Shown here in pieces: positions 37,801-48,538 of a stretch of DNA of 64,000 bases (position 1 is its first letter; each line of letters starts with the position of its first letter). The stretch is from positions 12,265,866 through 12,329,865 of the forward strand of contig CM119265.1 of assembly GCA_051294375.1 (NCBI GenBank). Reading direction: 5' to 3'. The DNA comes from Paraspadella gotoi. Its lineage: Eukaryota > Animalia > Chaetognatha. The notes under the pieces were generated by a model. That model had not been told where the DNA came from. It saw only the letters and a program-made list of their open reading frames with translations, and made no database searches. Position numbers and translations under genes: made by a program.

Positions 37801-38629
37801 AGCATGAAAGCACGAAGAATCCGTTTTGTCGCCGCGGCTCACGGCGTGGGTCGATGCGAATGGAATAGAAATGGAAAGTAATTTTAGGCAACCATGATGG
37901 AAAGCTTTATATGTTATCCTAGAAGTACTAGAAACAATTCGAATCTATGATGCAGTAGAATTTAGTAAGTATTAATTTTTTATAGCCTATCCGGGAATAG
38001 TCCTAAAATGCCCTCCCGAGGTCATTGGACGAAATCCTGCCTTTGTGTCCTAATAGAAATAGTATTAAAATAAACGAGCTTTCATAATATTTAATTTATG
38101 AAATTGGTACAACCAATATATGAGGCTCCCTTCTGAACGGTAAGTCATGCAAGTGTTGAAATAAGTCTTTTTCATATAACCAGTGTGGAAATTAAATCAA
38201 ATTCAAAATAATAACATGGGTCATCGAATTTTTTGGAGTGAAATTGAAAAATTATCTTTTAATAACTATTGATTTCTTTCAAAGATATTCAGTTATACTC
38301 ATAAAAGTCATAATAATTATTATATCCCATTATTTGTGGAGTACGCATTTTTGAACAGTTCTTTTATATTTTAAATTATATTTTACAAACTCAGGAGTAT
38401 CGAAAGTTAAGAGGTAGCGTTCGTCATTATCTTTTATTAATATTATTATTATTATAAAAATCAAAAACTTATTTAATATTAAATATTATTATTATATAAT
38501 ATCAAATTAATATTAAATAATGTTAAATTGGCTTTTGTTTCTTTTGATTTTTGAACAAAGACTCGCTCTGTCGGAAATCCTTTATAGTAGGGTCCGGAGG
38601 ATTCTTCGCGTCGTCTGCTTCGTCTTACG

Positions 38630-38830
38630 TTTTTGTTATTCAAAAACATGCCATCGTCATACACTTTCAGCCTCTTATCGTGGAAACCTATGGCGGTAGG
38701 GGCAGGGATGCCCTGATCTTCCTGAAAGCCTTAGCCCACCCAAACGCTCGACGATGGGGAAAAAACAACTATCTTGATTGCAAATTCTGTTGCTCTACAA
38801 CGAGGCAATGCAAACCTGATAAACCGAGAC
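38630..38830 (+). mobile_element. Degenerate 3' fragment of a non-LTR retrotransposon with a restriction-like endonuclease
   Basis: HFQPLIVETYGGRGRDALIFLKALA resembles the F.P..VET.G..G..A..FLK.L C-terminal motif of RLE-type (CRE/NeSL-like) elements. No RT is present. Confidence 0.55.
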
Positions 38831-39519
38831 GTCGACTTAACCAACTATTATTACCAACGATTCTCGAGTCTTTGGATCTAACATTTTAATGGCATCTTTC
38901 CTTAAATATTTCAAAAAATATCCCTAAATATTTAATTTTAAATATTCAAAACAATTCAAATTCTCTGCTCGCTCCCATTTGACTCTCGAGGCTCGTGCTT
39001 TTATTTTCATTTTTATTCTCAATTTTAATGTTGACCATACAATCGTTTATTATCCAATTCATCAGAATGAGTAAGATTGTTGTTTCTTTTTCCTTTCAGA
39101 AAAAAAAACATCGTTATTGCAACTGCCATTGGCAATTTTGGAATTTTCATCTTGTTATTAATAATTAATTCTTATTCTGCAAATGATGAGCGAAAGAGGT
39201 CGTTTCAATACTCTTAAACTTAACTTGGCATTCCTGGAGATAAATGCCCTCTGGAGGCCTATGAGAAAACGAAGAGCAAGGTTTTTCTTAAAGAATTAAC
39301 AGAAAAAAGAAGAGGAACGAAATGGAACAGAAGAGGATAACGTTTTGGGAAAAAAAATAAAGGAATTCAGATATCATAATTTTTTTTTAAATATTTTTTA
39401 TTTTTGTTATATGAAATTAGTACAATCAATATATATTTGGGTACAAATTAAGGTTAATAAATTAATTAATAAATTATGGTTAAGAATAAATTAAGAATAA
39501 GTGTAAGTTAACTAGAAAA

Positions 39520-39620
39520 ATAAGTTAAGGTTAAAAATAAGTTAGGGGTAAGTTAGGGTTAGGTTTAGGGGTAAGTTAGGGTTAGGGGTAAGTTTGGGTT
39601 AGGGGTAAGTTAAGGGTAAA
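39520..39620 (+). repeat. Interstitial telomere-like repeat (TTAGGG variants)
   Basis: GTTAGGGGTAAGTTAGGGTTAGGTTTAGGGGTAAGTTAGGGTTAGGGGTAAG... Confidence 0.7.
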
Positions 39621-40655
39621 TTGGAGTTAAATTTAAAATTAAGTTTTGGCTTAAGCATACAATAATTTCACTTTTCAAAAAATAATATTTATATATTAAT
39701 AAATTTATAAAAAAAATATTATAATATTTATAAAGTAACAGTTTTTATTTATGATTATAATAATCATTACACTGTTTTTTTTAACCATGCAATCGAAAAT
39801 TTTCACAATCCTGTACAGTTTCTAGTATAATTTTAAGTGCTTAAAACGATTAACAAGGTGTCGTCAATCAGATTTTGCATTAGACCTACGCACAATTTAC
39901 CGGAAGTTGGCGTGGACTACAATATGAAATTTTTATTTTTACTACAAATGAAAAGTTAGGCAGTAGTTTTTTACTTAGCCTGCAATTAATATAATTATTT
40001 AATAAGTAGTACTGAGACAAAAAATGTTCAAAAAAGGGTTTTCATCAATAGTGGGCGTGTCCCAAACCGGAAATAGTGCTCGATAATCAATGAAATATGT
40101 ATTATTAAAAGTTTTTGATCTATTCAGACTGCTAATGGTTTTTCACTGTTATATGACAGCTTTATCACAAAGGATTATCATCCATATGATAAAAAAATCC
40201 TATCATATTTATCAATTATTACATCTTAAAAAGATTTGTTTTTTAATAGCCAAAGGACTTTTAACTTTAACTGTAAATATTCAAAATTTCATTTCAATGT
40301 TATTCAATTAATGAGACTTTGCTAATATTAACAATTCCTAGTTTTAATTTTTAATACCCTTTACTAATTTAATTTTTTTCATCAGTAATTTTTTTACTGG
40401 CATACCATTTTTTTGCTCAAAAACTATAGTCGGAAGTTAGACCCTTTTTTCATAAAGTTTTATGTAAATCTTTAGAGGGAATACCCTATTTTTAAGTTTT
40501 TCCAGGTGAAGGAGAAGAGAAACAATATCCATGCATCAAAAAGTTAATCAGATTTATAATTTTCTTTTATTTTCCTTATTGTGGTATTCGTTTCGTTATG
40601 TTTTGGTATTTAGCAAAAACAAAGTTTAGATTTGTATTAATTAATTAATTAATAG

Positions 40656-40699
40656 AAACAGACATGTTTCGACTCTTGTTTGAGTCTTCATCAATGTTT
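40656..40699 (-). ncRNA. Minimal type I hammerhead-like motif, C3U variant
   Basis: AAACA-TTGATGA-A-GACTC-AAACAA-GAGTC-GAAAC-AT-GTC-TGTTT: 5 bp stem I, 5 bp stem II, palindromic short stem III. Confidence 0.65.
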
Positions 40700-42816
40700 T
40701 TGACAGACTATAAAATTTTTTTGCAAAAGTAAATGTGTGTGAGAGAGAGAGAGAGTTAGTTTACAACAAAGTAGTGAGACAGAATAGTGGTCAGAGGTGA
40801 GGACAGATGAAGGCAAGGACAGATTGAGTGAGTTTTTTGAAAAGAAGTGAAATGGTCAAACAGAGAGAGAGAGATATGAGAGTAATATGATACATTTTTT
40901 TTCCTTAAAAAAACCTTTAATCCAGCAATAAAAAAATTATCATTTATACCATTATGTGAAATCCTTTCTTTCGTCGCGTTTTTGAATTAGAGTTTGAAGT
41001 AGTTCTAGCAACGATTTTTCTTTAAACAGTGAAAATGGTATTTTTTTTAATATCTATCTCTCTCTCTCTGGCCTAAACCTAACCAGTCTTCACCTCGACC
41101 TCTAACCTTTTTTCAAATCTTTGTTTAAAATTTTTCCCTCTCTCTTTCTCTCTCTCTCTCTCTTCCCTTACTCTCACCTAATTCTCACTCTTTCTTCCTG
41201 TCTCTCCTCTCTCTCCCAAATATTTCTTGTGAAGTAAAAAACTGTTGACAATTCATAAATGCGAATGAAGACTTTAATTAAAGGTTGATAGGTTCATAGT
41301 AGAATTTACAAGTTCATTTTTATTACTTTCATGCTAATATTTTGATTCTTATGAACAAATCATTTTTCAAGACAGTTCTTTTGTATTTTGCTTCTCTTTC
41401 TTACTCTCTCTCTGTACCTGACTTTTTCTGAAACAATTTATTTTTACTCTGGACTGCCTTTAAAAATTATTAGTTCATAAGAATCAAAATGTTTGCAAAA
41501 AAGTAAGAAAATTATACTTATAAATCCTACCACGAATTGTTTAATACTAAATATTTTTTTATTCCTTGTCAAAAAAAAAGTTTATATGCTTAATACTAAA
41601 TCATTACCTACTGTGCATATGATGTCTCTTCAACAACGAATAAAGAAATAATATTAATTCTGAATTTTAACAGTTACTAAGCAACGAATCTTTTGTAACT
41701 GATATTTATTTTGTCTATTTAGAGCTATGATAGTTTTTTATGATATATATGATAATTCTTTGTGATACAACTATAATATGACAATAAAAAACCATTATAT
41801 TTATAGTTGATCAAAAACTATTAATATTGCGTATTTTATCAGTTTTTGAGCGTCATTTCCGGTTTTGGACACGCCCTCTATGGGTAAGAACCTTTTTTAA
41901 AAAAAAATTTTAAAGTAAAACTTATTAAAAAATGAGAGCAACTTAAAATTTAGGCGATTATTATTTTTATAAAACTATTTTCTTATCTTGCAATTAAAGA
42001 AAAGAGAAAAATTCCATGTTGTAGTAAACGTCAACTTCCGGTCAATTGTGCGTAGGTCTAACGCAAAATCTGATTGACGACACCTTGTTAATCGTTTTAA
42101 GCACTTAAAATTTTACTAGAAACTGTACAGGATTATGAAAATTTTCGACTGCATGGTTAAAAAAACTGTAATAATCATTTAATATTTCGGAGAGAGAGAA
42201 AAAGATATCAAGGTTAAAATTGCCTCTCTCTATCTCTCAAAGTTAGTATCCAAATATTTATTAAAACTATTAAAACTGGCTGATGAAGGTTCAAAAAACA
42301 ATAACCAAAACATATCCGAATTATTAAATGATCGTGGTTATCACAAATAAAAACTGTTATTTTGTAAATATCTATCAAAGGTAATAAAAAAATATTACAA
42401 TTATTAATATTTAAAAAACATTTTTTAAAGAATTAAAAAGAAATCCTTAGCTCGTGAAGCTTAAAAACGTTTTTAATATCATTGTTGTTACGGTCTTAAA
42501 TTTTCTTTTCTGTAAAAAAACGAACTTTATTTTTTCCTCCTTTCTCTTCGTTTTCCCATAAGCCTCCAGAGCGAATTCAACTCCGGGATCGCCCTTAGCT
42601 TTTCTATTATCGTTTCGTTCAATTTTGCTAGGTTTAGTAGCTTTTTTTTTTCTTATTCCTCTTTTACCGGTTGACCGAGTAGTTTCACTTTTGGTGCCAA
42701 CACCCTAAACGGCGATCCCGGAGGCTTATGGGAAAACGAAGAGGAACTATGTTTGAGATTTTTGTTGCTTTTGACTTTTGGTAATTATATTTTCATTATT
42801 TAGCCTATTCGTTAAA

Positions 42817-45490
42817 ATGGGTAAAAAAGGGAAAACTGGAAAGTCACGACAGGACAAATTTTACAAACTTGCCAAAGAAACTGGATACAGATCGAGAGCA
42901 GCCTTTAAATTAATTCAACTAAATAGAAAATTTGGATTTCTTCAAAAGTCTCGAGTATGCGTGGATCTTTGCGCAGCACCGGGAGGATGGCTACAAGTAG
43001 CCCACCAAAATATGCCGCTGTCAAGGTAAGTAGGGACCCGCATGAGAAAAGTTTTGTAAAACTGATATATTATGGCACTAACATAACTTCGTTTTTTACA
43101 GTTTGATTATCGGCGTCGATTTGGTTCCCATCAAACCAGTCACAAATTGCGTGACATTTGCCGAGGACATCAAAACCGAAAAATGTCGGCAGTTGATACG
43201 AAAAGAGTTGAAAACTTGGGACGCCGACGTTTTTTTGCATGATGGCGCGCCCAACATGGGAAAGAACTGGTTGCACGACGCTTATCAGCAAAACGAGTTG
43301 ACGCTGTACGCAGTCAAACTCGCGTCGGAGTTCATGCGAAAAGGCGGCTGGTTTGTCACCAAAGTCTTTCGCTCCAAAGACTATCACGCCCTGATGTGGC
43401 TTTTTAAGAAGCTATTCAAAAAGGTTTTTGCCACCAAACCTCAAGCTTCCCGTCACGAGTCTGCTGAAATCTTTATTGTCTGCGAAGGATATCTCAAACC
43501 AGACAAGATCGATCCTCGACTCATGGATCCCAAACACGTCTTCAAGGAAATGGAAAAAGAGGCGGCCAAGACGTGGGAGAAAGGAAACCAAGTTTCACAA
43601 CTCTTCAAGATGGTCGAAAAAACCAAAAAGCCCGCTGTGGGCTACGAAGAGGAAGGAACTGGCGTCTTCAAAACGATTTCCGTCAAAGATTTTCTAGCTA
43701 ACGAAACATTTGCAGAGTCCTTGGCCAACTGTAACGAAATCGTTATTGACGAAGACGATATTCTTAATAACGAGGCGACGACTGAAGAAGTTAAGGAGTG
43801 CTGTAAGGACCTGAAGGTGTTGGGAAGGAAAGAGTTGAAGCTGCTTATCGGTTGGCGAAAAAAACTAATCAAACATTTTGAAGATATGAAGCGAAGTCAG
43901 GATAAAGGAGACCCTATGGAGGAAGAAATGAAAGAACCGGACGAAACTAATGACGACGATGACTTAGAGAAAGTGCTTAAGGAGACAGAGGAATCTGAAA
44001 GAAAAGAGCTGAAAAAGAAGAAGAGAAAAGAAGCCAAGAAAAAGCAGAAGCTGCGGGAACGCATCGCGATGAAGATGGTCCACGTCGGCGACAAGTTCGA
44101 TGAAACGAAGGACGACGAAATGTTTGATTTGAAACGCATTTCCTCCGGCAAAGGCTTAGATGCCGTGGCCGACACCCCTGCAATGCCGGAAGTTATGGAT
44201 GATCAACTGGAGGATGATGACGATCCACTTACAGCTAGGAAGCCAAAACTGATGAAGTTTAAAAAAAACGCGGACGACGCTGACGATCAACTCGTGGAAG
44301 TCAAAGACCGCGAGTACATGGGAGAACAAATTGACAATCAAATGGCTGATAGCGACGAAGAGGAAAGCGACGACGATATGGATCACGAAAGCGATGTCGA
44401 AATTGAGGATGGCGACAATATTGGCATTGACAATAGCGACGTCGAAGACGACGACGACGACGACAATCCTCTCATCGAAAATCTCACCGGCGACAAGACG
44501 AAAGAAGACCGATTAAAGAGAAAAACCAGCCTCTGGTTTTCCAAGGACATTTTTAACGACATCGACGAAGACGAAGAAAAATTTGAGCTTGGTCAAGCAA
44601 CGACTTCGGTGAAGGAGAGTTATAAGGAGACGGGTGGAAAAGAAAACGAGGAAAAACTACTGGGGAGCGACGGAGAAGGACCCAAAGAGGAGGACCCCGA
44701 CGAAGACAGTGAAAGCGACTCCGACTCCGAGGATGAAATAATCAAACGCAAAATCATCGCTGAAAAAGAAAATGAGCGGGATTCCTTCGAAGTCGTTCCT
44801 CAAACGGACGTCGCTACCGTCAACAACGATGGCAGCAAGCGCAAACAAATTCTTGATCCAGAAGGTCTCGCGATCGCCTCTTTTATAATACAGTCAAAGA
44901 AAAACCGTCGCGAAATCGAAGAAGCCGGATTCAACAAGTGGGTCAGCAATGACAAGAACTTGCCCGACTGGTTCGTCAAGGACCAGAAGCAGCACTGGCG
45001 CAATCGCCTGCCCGTCCAAATCACCAAGGAAATGGTGGAAGAATATAAAAAGCGCAAAATGGAGATTGACGCTCGTCCCATCAAGAAAGTAGCGGAGGCC
45101 AAGGCACGGAAAAAACGCAAGGCCCTCAAACAGTTAGAGAAAATTAAGAAAAAAGCCGAGGCCGTTGTCGATAAGGAAGGCGCGAGCGAGAAAGAGAAAG
45201 CGTTAGAGATCAAGAAAATGTACAAAAAGGCGTTGAAACGGAAAAAGACGGAAACGAAATTGATCGTGGCCAAAAAAGGCGGAAAGGGCGTAAAAGGAAC
45301 TAAACCGGGAAAGGGTGTCAAATACAAGGTGGTCGACTCCCGGATGAAAAAGGATAAGAGAGCTCAAGAGAAAAAAGCCAGCAAGGGAAAAAGGGGTAAA
45401 GCTGGTAAGGCTCCTAGTGTTGGTAAGGGTCAAAAACGCAGTGGCGCAACAAGTCGGAGAGGTGGTGGGAAGCCTCCACGGGCGAAATAG
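42817..45490 (+). CDS. FTSJ3: Pre-rRNA 2'-O-methyltransferase FTSJ3/Spb1
   Basis: Exons 42817-43025 and 43102-45490. Motifs [65 protein letters not shown] and the Spb1 C-terminal [15 protein letters not shown]. Confidence 0.97.
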
Positions 45491-45746
45491 TGATGTTCAA
45501 TCTGTGTTAACGTTTATTCTTAAAATTAATCTCAACCTCGCTCCAAATCCGCTCATTATGGGGAAAAATATATTTTTATGAAATTGGTACATATATTTGT
45601 TATTTTCAAGATTTTAAAGTTTCAATATTGAGAACTGGGGTTGTGATGGTGACTGCCTTAAGAAAATTCTAATGTTTTTTTTTTTTTGGACTGTTTTTTC
45701 TAAACTTGTTTGTTTTCAGTTATTTGCAAAAAAGTTATACTGAATC

Positions 45747-48076
45747 ATGGAATATTACGGGGGATTCGGTGGAAATATGATGCCTTATGGTCATGGATGG
45801 CCGCCTACAGCCGAGGCGCCAGCTGAAGATCAGGAAGAGGAAGAAGAGGAAGAGGATGATGGAGGAAAAGGAAAAAAAGGCAACGTCCTTCCGTTGTGGG
45901 GAAACGAAAAATCTATGAACCTCAACCACCTCATCCTCGCCAACATACAGGTAAACAAGGGAGGATAGTTATTAGTTAACTGTGGAAACGGTAGGCGTAT
46001 GAGCGTTTTCTGGTTGTATCTTTTCGTCTTAATACCAAGAAGATATGACGCGAGAATCTTAGGCATTCATCCGATCCTCGATTCAACCTGAGCCTTTAGG
46101 ATTGTGTGGGTAAGAGTAAATCTTCCTACGTCATAACCCTTTCCTCTCGAACGTATATCTCACGCTTTCTTACCCGTTCTTTCAGAGGTTTTCCCCCCCG
46201 AGGTTATCGCTTGCAGTCAACCGTAATGATGATTTCTTAGTAATTTCTACTGAAATTAAATCACCGTGCAAGCAGAAGACGGGATCTCCACAAGATGTTT
46301 GAAATGGAGGTTTGGAAACATTCTTTCCTGCCCTCCTTCCAAATGAGACCGCGATGTTTAAAAAAATTAGATTTTCTTCCTTCTCTTTTTCAAAGTAAAT
46401 TTTCTTTAAAGAAATTTAAGTCTTAGCTTTCGTTTAAATTTAATTCCGTTAGTTTTTCCCCACCTTTCAGTCCAAAACAGATATGATCGACAGGTTTCTT
46501 TAATAGTGACAAATCCAGTACATAATTTTCCGAATTTCATTTGACCCATTAGGGAAGTCTGTACTTTAAAGTGAATCTCTACGAGCTGAAAACCTACCAC
46601 GAAGTCGTGGACGAGATTTACTACAAAGTGGCACATTTGGAACCTTGGGAGAAAGGTTCTCGGAAGACTGCCGGACAAACTGGAATGTGTGGTGGGGTGA
46701 GTTTCGAAGTTTCGACTACAGATTATATGGTATAGGAAGCACACAATCATTATTGGCATTTATTAATCATTATTCACTTTCGATAGGTCCGAGGCGTCGG
46801 CAGTGGAGGCATTGTATCTTCCTGCTTTTGTATTCTGTACAAACTTTTCACCCTGAAGTTAACCCGAAAACAGCTGAATGGACTCATTAATCACAGGGAT
46901 TCTCCTTATATTCGGGCCCTCGGATTCATGTACATACGTTACTGCCAACCCCCCGCGGACATCTGGGACTGGTATGTTAGTTACCGTATGCATATATATT
47001 TGAATTAATAAAGGGCCAAATTTATGGTTTGTCAGTTATAAATTACAGCTTTTATCTTATCTTAACTTACGTAAGTTTTATTGATCTTAAACACGCATGT
47101 GAACCTTTTAGCCAGATATCCAACTGAATCAGAATTTTAAAAAAAAACATCAATCACTGATTCATTCACATTAAGAGTTCGTTAAATTTATACTGGAATG
47201 ATTTTGTAATCATTTTAGCCCAAAAGGAAATTTGAGTGTTTAACGGTTAATGAGATATGAATTTTTCAAAAGTTCTGGCTTTGTTGGATATCTGGGTACA
47301 AGGCCCGAAAGAAAATATTTTATTTCTATTTGTATAACAGAGCTGCAATTTCTTTCTTCCAAAGGTATGAACCTTACCTGAACGACGAAGAAGAGCTTGA
47401 CGTAAAGGCTGGAGGTGGCAACCTTATGTGTATCGGAGAGATGCTACGTCAATTCCTTAACAAACTCGACTGGTACGCGGCCCTTTTCCCACGGATCCCG
47501 GTCCCCATCCAAAAGCAGCTCGAGGTCAAACTTCGCGAAATCGGACCCTTTCGCCGAGAGAACGAGCAAGAAGAAGTCCAGCCTGAACCTCCCTCGCGGA
47601 ACGGCCCAGCGCGCGGTAACGGCGGCGGCGGCGGCGGCGGCGGCGGCTACCATGAGAAGCAGAACCCGCCTCCTGACGTCGCTCGCGCCCTCAAGGATGT
47701 TTCTCCATCCGCACGCGGCGAATCTAGTCGGGGCGGGAGCCGGGGTCGCTCTTCGCGTGAGCGCGATGGACGGCGCGACAGACGGCGATCACGATCGCGC
47801 GATAGGCGGAGGTCGCGTTCCCGCGATAAGGGAAGAAGATCCCGCGATCACTCACGCGAGAGGTCGAGGAGAAAATCGAGGTCCGGATCGAGGGATCGTC
47901 ACCACAAGCATCGCAGGCATCAAGGAGACTTTGACGAAGTGCTCAACCGAGAAAAGAATCGTCAACGACGAGACCGGGAGAGAGACAGAAAAAGGAGCCG
48001 AGATAGAAGCGGGGAGAGGGTTCGGGGTCGGGATCGGAGCCGGGACCGCAGTAGGGAGAGAAAGGACCGACGCTGA
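45747..48076 (+). CDS. PRPF38B: Pre-mRNA splicing factor 38B
   Basis: Exons 45747-45950, 46553-46696, 46787-46971, 47365-48076. Motifs NVLPLWGNEKSMNLN, KTAGQTGMCGGVRGVG, DSPYIRALGFMYIRY, LFPRIPVPIQK; RS/RD-rich tail. Confidence 0.95.
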
Positions 48077-48538
48077 TATTAAGGGGTTTTGTTTCTCACA
48101 CGTGTGAATTGTTATGTTTACGCAAAAGCGAAATGCGTAGTGATTGACATTTCGCAAAATTTAAGTTGATTTGTAAATGAATCTGTTAAACATAAAGAAT
48201 TCGTGTAAATTTTTGCTTATTAGCATTTAAGTTAGGTTTAAGATTAACTGCTAGTTACATTGTAATTTGATATCGTTTTCTGATTCTTCGTGTAAATAGT
48301 CATTTTAAATATTTCTTAAGCTTTGTAAGGTCTAGTTGTTCAAGCCGATGGGAGACGAACGGGCTATGAAAAGCTTAGTTAGCGGGTGAGTTTTTTCGTT
48401 TGTCTAATGTCTATCTTATATAATATTAAATTTATGCATGTAAATTTAAAATTAGGATCGTCGTTTCTCCTACCCTCGAAATGGCTATGGAAGCTTGAGT
48501 CGAAACAGTATATGGTCCACCTGAAGTCTTCCACAATC

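Larger units (their letters stand above)
39227..42592. mobile_element. Composite nested inverted-repeat TE cluster
   Basis: Outer inverted pair CTGGAGGCCTATGAGAAAACGAAGAG (39251) / CTCTTCGTTTTCCCATAAGCCTCCAG (42545), with a third copy at ~42711-42744. Inner inverted arms ~39770-40250 / ~41700-42168; small inner pair ~41325-41365 / ~41462-41510. Confidence 0.75.

Noticed and set aside
45990-46260. Possible C/D box snoRNAs (ATGATGA...CTGA) in PRPF38B intron 1
   Set aside because: Box spacing or sequence is non-canonical and I recognised no rRNA or snRNA guide complementarity.
48386-48538. N-terminal 51 aa of the 879-aa ORF
   Set aside because: It starts at the GT of a splice donor and runs through an AT-rich intron (48386-48455); not a true start.
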